Positions 12,615 through 25,164 of a stretch of 64,000 nucleotides of DNA are shown piece after piece. The notes beneath the pieces were generated by a model. That model did not search any database and was not told the DNA's origin. It was given only the letters and a program-made list of their open reading frames with translations. Both the position numbers and the translations under genes were made by a program. Numbering within the stretch: the first letter of the stretch is position 1; each line of letters begins with the position of its first letter. The stretch lies in assembly GCA_907165135.1 (NCBI GenBank), contig OU015567.1:124001-188000 (forward strand), given 5' to 3'. The DNA is from Oikopleura dioica. Lineage: Eukaryota > Animalia > Chordata.

Positions 12615-13973
12615 ACTGGGGTTGCGCCAGTGGGAAAATGGACTTTTTTGCACTTGACCTGGAGGGATGAAATTTTGTGGACATATTTCTGAGGTCCTCA
12701 TCAAGAAAAAATCAAAAAAATTTTCGAAAAATTAAGGGTATAGGGGTCGAAAAATCGATTTTTTCATTTTTGCAAAATTAAGCCTGAGAAAACCTAGACT
12801 ATCATTCTAAAAGCTCAAAAATGAATTTTTCGAGTCGAATAAAGTCGAAGCGAGATAAAGAATCCGCAAATAAAGAAATTAAAATTTAAAAACATTCAAA
12901 TAAAAACCATAATAAAAAGAAAAACTTGAGTAATTTGTATTTCAACCTCGAATGGGTGTGGGTGGGGTTGGGGACATAACTGAGATTGATCACCTCAGAG
13001 TCCAACGCCGATCTCAAGCCCCTTAAATTTAAAAATCAAGGAACGGGGCTGAGACGGCCCGAAGGGCCGTCAAGCCCCTTAAATTTAAAAATCAAGGAAC
13101 GGGGCTGAGACGGCCCGAAGGGCCGTCAAGCCCCTTAAATTTAAAAATCAAGGAACGGGGCTGAGACGGCCCGAAGGGCCGTCAAGCCCCTTAAATTTAA
13201 AAATCAAGGAACGGGGCTGAGACGGCCCGAAGGGCCGTCAAGCCCCTTAAATTTAAAAATCAAGGAACGGGGCTGAGACGGCCCGAAGGGCCGTCAAGCC
13301 CCTTAAATTTAAAAATCAAGGAACGGGGCTGAGACGGCCCGAAGGGCCGTCAAGTCCCCTTAAATTTAAAAATCAAGGAACGGGGCTGAGACGGCCCGAA
13401 GGGCCGTCAAGCCCCTTAAATTTAAAAATCAAGGAACGGGGCTGAGACGGCCCGAAGGGCCGTCAAGCCCTTAAATTTAAAAATCAAGGAACGGGGCTGA
13501 GACGGCCCGAAGGGCCGTCAAGCCCCAAATCAAGGAACGGGGCTAAAGCCCCTTTTAAAAATCAAGGAACGGGGCTTGGACGGCCCCTTCTTTACATTTT
13601 TGAGCATTATTTATTATATTTCTCCAAAGAAAGGCGATTTTCGGCCAAAACGGAAATTTTCAAATCGGCCGCATTTTCGTTGCCGGGCGTTACCGGACGA
13701 GATTAAAATGGATCTATAGAGAGTATCGTCTGAGCTTTCTTGTGGTGGTCTCCGTTTGGTTGTGGGTCGTTGTGGTTTCGAGTTATTCGACGAAATGTCC
13801 AAAATTCGTGGTATTTTTCCGAAAAATCGCGATTTTACCACCAAAATTCAAAAATTTCTAATTTTAACTATTTTTTATGAAATTTCCGCCAATTTTTACA
13901 CATGGTCACGTGGTTTCAGAATTTTTTGAAAACAAACCATTTTTGGCCAAAATCCCACCAGCGCAACCCCAGG
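12615..13973. mobile_element. Non-autonomous TA-flanked DNA element carrying a hairpin tandem array
   Basis: ta-actggggttgcgccagtggga ... tcccaccagcgcaaccccagg-ta (18/20 TIR match). No transposase ORF. Confidence 0.65.
13016..13588. repeat. 56-bp minisatellite, 9 near-identical full units plus 2 partial units
   Basis: Unit aagccccttaaatttaaaaatcaaggaacggggctgagacggcccgaagggccgtc starts at 13016, 13072, 13128, 13184, 13240, 13296, 13352, 13409 and 13465. Confidence 0.95.
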
Positions 13974-14548
13974 TATACCCTTAATTTTTTTTCATGGTAA
14001 AGTTCAGGCCCTAAGCTACGACCGTTTGCTTTTTGAGAGTTTTTTGTCTACGAACTTAAGGAGGACAGCCCCTTTAAAATTTTATTAGTAGAATCTTAGT
14101 CGAATTTCCAGATTTAAATTTTCAGTAATTACTGCCTAAATTGCCCTGAATTACGTTTTTATACTCGTGTTTATGATAGAAATAGTTTTTATGATTGGTA
14201 TACCCTTAATTACCATTGAAAAATAGCGAACTAAAGATTTTTATGAAATGTTAAATGTTGATTTTCAATTTTTGAAGTCAATTTCTGCCAAAATTTTCTA
14301 TAAGATCAAAGAAATTTTCTGAATAAAAGTTGTTCCTCGTGGTCTAAACTACCCAAAAAAGCAAAAAAATTTTGAAAATTTTGACTTTTTTCATCTTGAT
14401 AGGGGGGTCCTTAAAATTATTTTTTTTGATATTGACGAAAAAGCGCATAACCTTAATAAGATAAATAAACCTCAAGTTCTTGTTAGAAAAAATCGTTTCT
14501 TTTACAAGAAGAGCCATCCTTTTTCTATGAAACAATCATATTCTTAAG

Positions 14549-17500
14549 AGGACAAATTTGGTTTCGAAGAAGGACAAGATATGCTTGATGCGATTGTTGA
14601 AAAACAGAAGAAAGAAATCGCCTTTTCGACATCTTTCGACGTTGTTTTTTTCAAATTAAAACTAAATAGAAACGTTTTAAGAAATTCGAAGCGTTTTGTC
14701 TGCCACATCCGGGAAAAATGAAGAATTTTGATGGCAACTTAAACTCACTCGACGAAGAGTTTCTCGAATATCTCAAGTCTTTGATAACTCAAATCATTGA
14801 GAATGTGCCAGCAAAGAAGAGTCTGGGAAACGAGGAGCTGAAAATTTCTGAAATTTTTGACTATTTCAGAAGCTATGCAAAAATATTCGAGAGCGGAAAA
14901 ATGCCAAAAGTAGAAACAGTTCTTGAGACAAGGTTAGAAATATTTGTGAAAAACCCGGTTTAAGTGTGTCCTTTTCTAACTCTGCCATTAACAAATTTAC
15001 AAGCGCGTAGCTTTTTTAAAACAACAAGCCCTTTCAATGCTTTTTAAGGAACCCCACCCCCCCCGTCAACAATTTTCCTCGAAAAATCTAAAATTTCAAA
15101 AAGCCATATTCTGGCTTCTTAGCGTGCCTGAAAGTTCAATTTATCGTAAAAACTTGTTCAGAGCACTTCTTGACCAATAAAGATCCAAAATTTTAGCAAT
15201 CTTGGGACTTTTTCGTCATTTATCGTCATAAAGTCCGATTTTCAAACGCGATTTTGAGGGTGTTAGAGTCGAGATAGACCCCCAAAAAATGAAGCCTTAA
15301 AATCGTTTTTTGATACGTAGAATCCATTTCCGGGGTCAAAATTTTGAAATTCCGAAATTTGATTTTTCGAAAATTGTTGACGGGGGTAAGGGTCCTTAAG
15401 AAAAAGAAAACATAAAGAATTCTCAAAAATATTTTTGGTTTTATAAAATTTTCAAATCGATCTCACGCTTTAAACAAAAGGTTAAATAAATAACCCTTAA
15501 CCACTCAATAACCCCTCAAACCCCACGGGGGAGGAGTGTCCTCTAAAAAATGTTTTTAATTTAAGCGCGAAAACCGATTTCAAAATACAATTGGAGCAGG
15601 CAAAAAATCACGTGGACAGCCTCATTGAGGAAAATTGCTCTGATGATTTTCTTGATTTCTCTTCTATTCAAGGGTGATATTTTTAATTGTTAATTTATCA
15701 AATAAAATATTGTAGACCGCTTTTTGAGAAAAACGAAAATCGCAAATTCTTCCTTCCTGAAAAATTCAAGGGACGATTCAGAGCAGAAATCAACGAATAT
15801 ATTATGAAGAGAATAGACGAAAAATTAAAGAATATGAAACAATTAAGAGATAACGAGCTAAAAACCGTCGAAGAAGAGAAAGAAGGGCTCGAAGAAGAGA
15901 AAAAAGAGCTTGAAGAAGAGATTGCGAATCTGGAAGAAAAGAATGATGAACTTGAAGATAGAGTCGAATCAAAAAATTTAACGATTGAGACGCTTCGAAA
16001 ATCCCTTTCACAAGTGGAATCCGAATTAAAAGAAGAAAGAACATACGAGGAAGTTCTTTTCACCAATTCTGAGCGTTTACAGGGCCTTGGTATAATAAAA
16101 TAGTTGATACAGCAATGAAACTAATTTAGGTTTTTACTTTGGTAAAGATGACGCCGAAACTCGACAGAGTCTCTCAAGCGAATCTCATTCGACAATCGCT
16201 AAGCATGTGAAAAATGGTCTGCGTCAAATCAATGTCAAAGTATGTTTTGAGTTTTTTAATTAAAATCAAACTCTTTCAAGTTTCATTTTCAATCATCTTA
16301 CGACAATACGATCAATGGACTTCGAATAAGAAGCCCAAAACAGGGAGAAGATGGATCAATTTGGTATCTGTACATTACAAACAGCAATGGTGAAAATTAT
16401 CAAATTTCTTTTTATCATTAATAAAGGCTCCTCAAAATTCCGAGCAATCGCCGAAAACATAGATCCCGAAACCGGAAAAGTGACTAGCAAAACAGACGAG
16501 ATCTACAGCTCTGGTGAAAACGAACAATGCGTGACAACTCCTTTTGTTGGACCTGCTGGATATATCAGATGGAACATTCAGCTTTTTGCCAGATTAGAAA
16601 ATGCAGTCTCGAATCTTCAATCTGAGCTGAAGGAAACAAAAACATTTAGCACAGTTTCATTCTCAAATTCGAACAGCTTAAAGGGTCTCGGTGGGGAATT
16701 CTACATGATATTTGTTGAAAATATATTTCAGGGTTTTATTTTGGCTAAGATGACAACAAAACTCGTAACTCACTCTCAAGCAATCATCATTCGGCGATCG
16801 CTATGCACGTCAAAAATGGTCTTCGTCAGATAAATCTCAAGGTAAGATATGAGCTGGAATTTAAAATCGAATCTTTCAAGTTTCATTTTCATTCATCTTA
16901 CGACGAGACGATCAATGGACTTCGAATCAGAAGCCCTAAAAAGGGAGGTGGATCAACTTGCTATCTGTACATTACAAACAGCAATGGTAAGAATTCTCGA
17001 TTTTCTTTATTCGTAAAAATTAAGGCTCGTCAAAATTCCGAGCAATCGCTGAAAATATCAGTCAAAAAACTGGAAATGTAACAAACAAAACAGACGAGAT
17101 CTACAGCTCTGGCGGAAGCGAACAATGCGTTTCAACTCCTTTTGTTGGACCTGCTGGATTTATAAGATGGAACATTCAGCTTTTTGCCAGATTAGACAGC
17201 TCGATTTCAAGCCTCGAAGCGGAATTAAAAGAAGCGAGGACTTTCAACAAAGTTTATTTTTGCAATTCAGATAGCTTGAAGGGACTCGGTTAGCTCTATT
17301 TGAAAATCCTGATTTATTCATCTTTGAAGGATTTTATTATGGAAAGGATGATAATGATACAAGAGCGAAGCTAACTCATAACACAACAGATTCAAATGGA
17401 AAAACGTTCAAGAACGTCAAATTCTGCCATTCGACGATTGCTGAAAAAGTCAAGAATGGCCTCCGACAGATTAATTTAAAAGTTAGTTAGCGATCTTCCG

Positions 17501-17832
17501 AGTATAAACTAAAAACCATTTTAGTTCCATTTTAACGAGTCATACGATCGAACCTGCAATGGACTGAGAATAAGATGCCCAAAAATGCAGATTCCTCAAC
17601 TTATTATCTTTACATAACAAATAGCAATGGTAGCGTCCTTTGATTTTCTTTTTTGTATATTTTAGGATCTTCTAAATTTCGTGCAGTCGCAGAAAATATC
17701 AGACCGGATAACGGAAATGTGACAAATAAAACAGAAGAAATTTACAGTTCTGGTGAAAGTGAACATTCTGTTTCAACTCCATTTGTCAGTCCAGGTGGTT
17801 TTATTCGCTGGAATATTCAATTTCTTTTCTGA
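14549..17832 (+). CDS. Atlastin/guanylate-binding-protein-like protein, 5' part missing, with coiled coil and three tandem C-terminal domains
   Basis: KFEAFCLPHPGKMKNFDGNLNSLDEEFLEYLKSLI...FDYFRSYAKIFESGKMPKVETVLETSAK aligns by eye to atlastin CFLLPHPG..NFDG.L..IDDEF...[26 protein letters not shown]. It is followed by an E/K coiled coil and three copies of a domain ending RWNIQ(L/F). No P-loop exon was found upstream. Confidence 0.75.
15048..15395. mobile_element. MITE family B, intronic
   Basis: ttaa-ggaacccc..cccgtcaacaatttt ... aaaattgttgacggggg..ggtcc-ttaa. Confidence 0.85.
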
Positions 17833-18406
17833 ATATTTTTGTCAATAAAACTTTTGCCTCAAATTTGTATTAAATCTTTGTAAATACAAATTTATTAGAC
17901 TAAAAATTAATTTTTATTAAATTATAAATTTAAGATTATTTTTTACTTTAATTCTTAATTAAAAAAATAGTTTAAATTTTTAAATATTTTTTGATAAATT
18001 TTAATAAACTAAAAAAGTCTTCTTTATAATTTTTATAATTTTTTTTGTAATGATTTAAGTTGAACTTAAAATAATAAAATTTTTATTCGAAATTTAAATT
18101 TGTATTAAATCTTTTTAAATATTCAATTTCTTATCTAAATATTTTTAATAAAATTTATATCTCATTCTCTAAAGGTCAAAGCAAAGCTGCATAATTGATT
18201 GTTCTTGCGACTGTGGAAAGAGAGAGTCACATTCTAACTGCAGGTGCGCAAGGTCGCTTATCAAACATTCAGAACGAGTGGAATAGAGAGTTGTGTTCTG
18301 AAAGTCGCGCAAGCCGCCAATTTGCTCAGCCAGTTAATAAATTATCAAAGCAGAAAAAAAGAGTATTTAAAAAGCGGGCAAGTTCGCTTTCTCGCAGATC
18401 CAAAAA

Positions 18407-21400
18407 ATGAACGACAAAGTCAAAGTATGCCCATTTAAGTTTTGTTTTCTTTAATTGAATTTTAAGTTTGCCGAGGGCTTCAAAGATGTCCAAGAGAGTT
18501 TCTACAGCATGTCGGCGGCGTTGCAGGTGTCGGAAGAAAAACTCGCTCGATCGCTGGAACGAGAAGCGACGCTCGAAAAGGAGCTCGAAACTCTGGCAGG
18601 GGAGCAGCAGCGAACGCTCGAAAAGTATCACGAGTTGAAGGAAAAATATGCAGGTACGGGAGTCACTGTTCGTTTGAAGCCGGAAAAAGAACGAATAATA
18701 TTTAAGGACTCCCCCCGTCAACAATTTTCGAAAAATCGATTTTCGGAATTTCAAAATTTTGACCCCATAATTGGATTCTACGGGTCAAAAAACGACTTCA
18801 ATTTTCGGGGATCTATCTCGACTCTAACACCCTCAAATTCGCGTTTGAAAATTGGACTTTTCGACGAAAAATGGCGAAAAGGAGTCAATTTTGCTAAAAA
18901 TTTAAGATTATTATTGGTAACAAATTACTCTGAGAAGCCAAAATATGGCTGTTTTGAAATTTTCGATTTTTTGAGAAAAATTGTTGACGGGGGTCCCTAA
19001 CCTGTGTTGTATTCAATTCAACCAATTTTTATCCAAGATTGTATAAAAACTCAAAGCTCGCTAAATGTCCGAATTTTTACAAATCAAAAATTTTTACCCG
19101 CCAGCTTCGCCGCAAGTAAGGCTTTAGAAGCCAACAAAAGCTTTAGACATGAAGGGCAAGCTTCGAAGCGTCATGACGATGGATCTTTCGGCGACGCCGA
19201 TGCCGACCAAAATCGAGGTCAAAAAAGTCGTCGAGACGGAGATTTGCGAAAACTCGCCGACGCCGACTGAAGACGGCCGAAAATCTGTGGCGAAGAAGGA
19301 GTCGCGGCCTTCCAGTGGAAAGGGGCGCAAATCGGTTACTCCGGAAAAGACGAAGAAGGAGTCCAGACGAGAAAGTGTTTCAAATGAAGAATTGAAGAAG
19401 AAAGAGGTAAATTTGTGGCTCGAAAATTTAGGAAAATCGAAATTTTGACAATTTTGGAACAATCGCCAAAAATCCCCATATTTTTAGCAAAATTAATTAG
19501 CAAAAATTTTGACAAAAAATCGACAAAAACTTTAATACAGTATGTTTCCATTTTTCCGGACTAATTTCGTCCCCAGATTTTCAAAAAATGTCCGGAAAAT
19601 TGGGTCACCTGCCAAAAATGCATGTCCCGCCAAATATACTTAAATTTTTTTCGAGAAAAAGGCATTTCTCAGTCAAGAAGTCGATTTTCCGCGAAGTAAA
19701 CTTCTAGCTTCCAGAAATTGATGGAATCCTCGCCAACAAGCTTAACTAGCCCCTATATCTGGTACTCTCAGGATAGGGGACCGTAACTTCTAGTATCCCG
19801 GGTCAGTGGTAATAAAACCCATACTGGGTTGTAGAGTAGGCTCTGACGATTCAGAATATCAAAAAACCATCGTTAGGCCCACTCTGGAGGGCGCTAGAGG
19901 CTCTAGAACTTAAGGAAGATGGCCGAAAATCGGCACTCTTGGTCCCAAAAAGTACGAAACTGTTATTTCCTTCGACTGAAATACGTTTAAGGACGTTTTA
20001 AACCGATATTAATATATGAAAAAGTATTTTGGGGTGATTGAAGTTCACTTGAGGTCATATTTTACAAAAAAAAAGAGATTTTCTTGGGAACTCACCCCGG
20101 AATATCTCATATGATCCAGAAATACTTTTCTTACATATTTTTATCGATAAAAACGTTTTTCAGTCGAAGGAAAAACGTTTTTTCAGTCGAAGGAAATAAC
20201 AGTTCTCTACAACCCAGTATGGTTTAATGGGGACCAATCTTATTTGATGCCGATTTTCGGCCATCATTTGATCCATCGAAATCCGAGTTCTAGAGCACTC
20301 TAGCAGCCTATCCTCTAATTCAGAGTGTAGAGCAGGCTCCATTCTACCAGAATCTGATCAGAAGTTGTGAACAGGGGCTCTAGTGAGAACCAGCGCCTGA
20401 AGAAGCTCAAAAATTGGGCAAAATATGGCTCGTGAATCAGACTCAGATTTCGCCTCAATTTTTCATCGTTTTTCGAGCTTCTTCGGGCGATAGTTCTCAC
20501 AAGAGCCTCTGTTCACAACCCAGTATGGGCTCTATTAGTGCTCCACAGACCCGGATTTCGATACTAGAAGTCCCCACGGTCCCTTATCCTGAGAGTACCA
20601 GAAATTTGGCCCTTCGGAAGGCCAAAAGTGCCCCAGGGCATATGTTAAACCCCTGACTATAAATAGTCAAAATGATCCCCAGCTTCTGGGCTTTCTAAAA
20701 CTGTATTATACTCCCTCCCTACTAAGCCCAAAAAAGCTCATTTTTCATCGAGTTTCCCTACTTATAATCGGAAAAGTGTCCGGAAAAATGGACTCCGGAA
20801 AAATGGAAACAAACTGTAATATAACTTGATAGGAACAGCCGAAATCACCCAAGAAATCAAGCCCTGCATCTCGACCGATTTCGCGAGCAAAAGAGCAGCA
20901 AAACGAAGAAAAATCAAAAACGACTTCTCGTCCAAGTTCTGGAAAGATAAAAGAAGCCGAAAAATCAGCGAAATCAAGCCGACCAACATCGAGCGCCTCA
21001 AAAGCTCCCGAAATCAAGGAAGAAAAAGTTGAAGAGCAAAAAGCTGAAAAAGAGGAAATTCCAGCTACTCCTCGACCAAGCATGGTTCAGGACAGAAATG
21101 AATCGGGAGGGGACGCCGTCGAGGAAAAGAAAAATGAAGATGATGGAGTAGAAAAAGTTGAGGAAGAAAAGAAGGAAGAGAAGGCTGAGGAAGTTAAAGA
21201 AGAAGCCAACGAAGTGGACACGGAAATAATCGGCCCAAGGGTAAGTCATTTTAAATTTTCAAAAAGGAGATGAATTGTTATCGCTTTGCATAGTCATCTA
21301 GGGCACTAAAACAGTACATCGGTAATTATTAATCGCTGGGTTAAGTGTACCCTCTGGGGCATTGTCGGGTAGCCATCCTTGAGGTACGCTTTTTTCAGTA

Positions 21401-22287
21401 ATAAACACTTTGTCTCCCACAAAAACTCTTGTCGGAATGGCTTTTTCGAGCCTTTTAAAAGCAAGAAAAACCTCAAGCTGGTGAAATTTTGATTCAAAAT
21501 CAGCTGGAATCAGAGGATTTTAAAAATAACGCAGGATGGACTCTTCCTGCTTAGAATTATTGAAAAATCAGCTGCTAGCAGAGGATTTTCAGATTTATTT
21601 TGCTTGCATTTGGTTTTCGTCAAGTTTAAGGAAAAATGTTAAAAACGGTCTTACAAGCAATTATATAACCAGGGGGGTCCTTTAAAATACGACCTTCGTC
21701 CTAGGGGGGGGGGGTTGGGTAGGAGAATGGCGTTCCTGAAATTAGGAACGGCTCCTAAAATTAGGAACGCCATTCTCTCATCCCCTCCTGGGGTCCCTAA
21801 AATATTACCAATTCAATGGAAAAGCGTCCCCTACAATATGATCAGACCGTGTTCTTGGGCCCCCTAAAATATGAATTCAAGCTCACGTACTGTACGAGAA
21901 TCGTCAACGGGCAAATCAGAGAACGCGGATGCGCCAAGTGAGATTCTGTGTCCTTGACTTTGGATGCATATTTAAGGGGACCCCCAGAACACGATTTGAT
22001 CATATTTTAGGTGCCGCTTTCCCAACGAGTTAACAATATTTTAGGGACTCCATAGACCAAGATTTGGTCGTATTTTAGAGGGCTGCCCTGGTATATTGTA
22101 TTCCCTTGAAGAAATTTTCAAATCTTTAAAAAAGATAATTAATAATTATTAATTATGAGTCATAATTATCAAGTAAAGCTGTCAAGTCCTTTTCTAGCCA
22201 AACAAAAACGTCAAATAATTTCGGTAGGATTCGACTTCTGAAGAAGCTGAGAACGATGTGGGAAAGGAGTCAATGTCTGCTGAGTAA
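18407..22287 (+). CDS. Uncharacterised coiled-coil protein with a charged low-complexity (SRPSS/KE-rich) C-terminus; start uncertain
   Basis: Spliceable exons MNDKVK|FAEGFKDVQESF...KEKYA|...MKGKLRSV...LKKKE|EQPKSPKK...IIGPR|DSTSEEAE...SAE* with GT-AG borders. One phase conflict near 19140. Confidence 0.6.
18706..18996. mobile_element. MITE family B, intronic
   Basis: ttaa-ggactccccccgtcaacaatttt ... aaaattgttgacgggggtcc-ctaa. Confidence 0.8.
19538..20816. mobile_element. Tc1/mariner-type non-autonomous element with internal foldback
   Basis: ta-cagtatgtttccatttttccgga ... tccggaaaaatggaaacaaactg-ta. Internal inverted arms at 19758-19835 / 20515-20602 and 19960-20030 / 20120-20205. Confidence 0.75.
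21669..22091. mobile_element. MITE-like element, intronic
   Basis: ccaggggggtcctttaaaatacgacc ... ggtcgtattttagagggctgccctgg, with internal inverted segments. Confidence 0.65.
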
Positions 22288-22533
22288 TTTATTCAACACT
22301 CGATGTCGGAGCTTTGCGTGCAAGTGTTGTCCAATCTTCTGAACATTTTTAAATATTCTATTTATTCTACGAAAAGCGCTTTTTGTTGTCAATAAAAAAT
22401 ACAAAAGAAAATTTTCTATTTTTTTTTCGAGAATTCGGTCATGCTTGGTTTATTTTTCCGAAAAAGAACTTGGAAAGAGTGAAGAGAGGAATGCAAATTT
22501 ACGAAGGAAGAAATGAACAGAAAGAAAAGAATT

Positions 22534-25164
22534 TTACTCCTGAGCTTTTTCGGATTCGATGTCTTCTTTTGAAGGGAGACGATCTTTGACGACTGTTTCG
22601 GCGGTTTTGAGCTGCTCTTTGTTGAAAGAAGCGATTGTTTGCATCGTTTTTTCAGCGTTGATTTCTAGAATAAAACGAACGATGAATAATTCTCTTCTCG
22701 TTCTTGCGAGCTGAGATCCGCAAAAAATGGCGCTTTGTCTTTTTTTTAGCCAGGTTCTGAGCAGCCAAAATGAAAATCCGGTCAAATGATAGAAAGCAAA
22801 CCATTTCAATGACTTATTTGATAATGGTGAAGCCACTTCGTTTAAAAAAGACGCTATGCGGCTTTTCTTTAAGGCTGTTCAGAAAATTTTTTTACAAAAT
22901 TTTTAAAGTCAAACTAGATTTTTTTTTTGGCTAATAAACACTGATTAGTCTCAAAAGAGACGTTTCAAGTAGTGAGACGATAATAAATCGTCTCTTCCGA
23001 TATATCTTTCTGCGAAGTGTATTCTCGACATGAATTTTTTAAAAGAATACATTCTAGAACAAAATTTTTGCTTTTCCACCACAATTTTCTGCTGAAATTT
23101 TGAGTCGACAATAACAAATCTGCTCTAGAATTTGTCAAAACCCGGTGAGAGAACAGAGTGAACTGTTCACTGTTCACTCTAGAGTGAACAGAAATTCAAA
23201 ATCTCTGTTCACTGTTCACTCTAAGAGTGAACAGAGAGAACAGTGAACAGTGAACAGCTCACTCTGTTCACTCTGAGTGAACAGCAAATTTCGAACCCTG
23301 CCTGACTGAGATTTTATACACAGGTTGCTGAGCCCAGGGATTCTTTGGAGGGGGTGGGTTGCTTTGTCAGAGAAGCCCCCAGCAGCCCCCTTTCCCATAC
23401 GAGAGCTTGGCAGTCTGTGCAGAAAACCTGGGTCCATGAAAAAAATCTTTAATAAATACGGGTTTAAAAAACGCCGAAATAACCAGCTCAGTATTTTTAG
23501 CTAAAAATCTTCGGGGACCTAACGGGTTTAATTCCCCTTCTTCCAAACAATTGAGAATTTCGCCCGAAAATGCAAAAAAATGAATAATTTCCAAAAGGAT
23601 GTTGTACCTGTCGATGAAGGAAGAACAGATTTTTCTGTTGTTTCTGTCTTTTTCAAAGAAGTTTTGTCAAATTTCTGCACTTCCACAATCGCTTTCGCCT
23701 GAATTCATGAAAAACGAAGAAAAAATAAATCTGCCTACTTCGGAAATAGTGTCTTTTTCAACGACTTTGACGTGATTGAGCTTGGATTTGTCGAAGGCAG
23801 CTGCTCCGATGATCGCTTTTTCTTTGTTCAAAAACTGGTTTTCGACCTTCGTTTCTACTTTTTTCAGCTTTGAGTGGTCGAAGTTTGCTGCTTGCTGAAA
23901 TTTATTTGATTCAAGGAATTATTTCTTGAAATTACAATTTTGGACGATTCTTGAGCGAGAACAGTGGATTCGCTTGTCGTTGTTTTCTTGAGCGCAGTTT
24001 TGTCGAATTGAGCAGCGTCTACCACGCATTTTTCGCGGGTGATGTCTAAAATAAAAGATTTTTTTTCATGAAAGAGGATAAGGCGGAATTTCAAAAATAA
24101 AAAGGGGGGCCACAATTTTTACGAGCGAATTCTTCCCGAGGCCAACAATTACAACGGGTTCAATATTCTTACCTAGGCTCACATAGTATACGGGTTGCAG
24201 ATTCTCGAAATGAATCGAGCGCCCGTGGCTCTTCGTTTTTTTTTCAAAAGTAAATTGGGCCTAACCCATTATAATTGTGGGCCTCGGAAAGAATTTGCGC
24301 GTTAAAATTGTGGGTGAGGTATCTGGAACCGAGAAAAAATTTCGACAAATCATGCGTGGAAATTCTCAACCAATCAGAAGCCCGGATTTGGCAGACCGGC
24401 CAATCAGCAACAGAGTAGCCGCCCACGCAAAATTTGTCGAAATTTTTTTCTCGGTTCCAGACACAATCCCAAATTGTGCTCCCCCTTTCTTATTTGGGTC
24501 GAAGATTCTGTTGATTTTTATTTGACTAGCCATTAGAATTTTTATGATAAATAATAAGAGGATCCTCTTTAAAATTACCTGAGGCAGAAGGAAGAACTGA
24601 CTTTTCGGCGGTTTCGGCTTTTTTCAAAGTATTTTTGTCAAATTTCTCGACCGAGAGGATAGTTTTCGTCTGAAAGGAATAAATGTTCGATTCGGAAACT
24701 CTTGTTTACCTCAGTTAGTGTGTCTTTCTCGAGCGGCTTGACGTGATTCAACTTGGATTTGTCGAAAGCGGCCGCGCTCAAAATCGTCTTTTCTTTCGTC
24801 AAAAAGTTGCTTTCGCTTTTCACCTCAACTTTCTTCAGTTTTGAGTGGTCGAAGTTCGCAGCTTGCTGAAAATTGTTAAATTGGAACTGAAAAAGAAAAG
24901 TACCATTTTGGAAGTTTCCTGGGCGAGAAAAGACGATTCGTTAGTTTCAGTCTTTTTCAAGGAGCATTTGTCGAACTCGGCGCAATCAACGAGGACTCGT
25001 TCGCGGCTCAAATCTAAAAGAAAGCTAGAATCTTTGAAAAATCAAATGATAAATCGTCTTTTACCCTCTGAGCTTGGAAGAACTTGCTTTTCCTCGACGC
25101 TGGTTTTCTTCAAATCTGCTTTTTGAAAAGTGTTGATTTCCGACAAAACGTTTTGCGCGCTCAT
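22534..25164 (-). CDS. Multi-repeat beta-thymosin (WH2) actin-binding protein: 10 repeats, 8 exons, about 314 aa
   Basis: Eight GT-AG exons join in phase: MSAQNVLSEINTFQKADLKKTSVEEKQVLPSSE, then FDKCSLKKT, FDHSKLKKV, FDKSKLNHV, FDKNTLKKA, FDKTALKKT, FDHSKLKKV, FDKSKLNHV, FDKTSLKKT and FNKEQLKTAETVVKDRLPSKEDIESEKAQE*. This is the thymosin FDKxxLKKxET..K..LP signature. Confidence 0.92.
23130..23300. repeat. Intronic repeat built from gtgaacag/ctgttcac motifs (probable MITE remnant)
   Basis: Multiple direct and inverted agtgaacag motifs, ending ...gaaccctg. Confidence 0.55.
24311..24472. mobile_element. MITE family A, in a thymosin intron
   Basis: Family A TIRs, with the ccaatc boxes in the opposite orientation. 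Confidence 0.8.

Noticed and set aside
13016-13588. CRISPR array or tandem hammerhead ribozymes
   Set aside because: The linkers between hairpins are identical (no unique spacers), there are no cas genes and the context is eukaryotic. CTGAGA + GGCCCGAAGGGCC resembles a hammerhead stem II but lacks the CUGANGA and GAAA core.
10900-19150. Programmed ribosomal frameshifting to explain frame breaks in the PLA2-like and coiled-coil genes
   Set aside because: The breaks occur in both directions at short A/T runs with no shared slippery signal. Sequencing error or pseudogenisation is simpler.
22534-22644. Stand-alone single-repeat beta-thymosin starting at MQTIASF
   Set aside because: It is preceded by an in-phase acceptor and joins the upstream exon (LPSST|EINAEK), so it is best read as the last exon of the 10-repeat gene.
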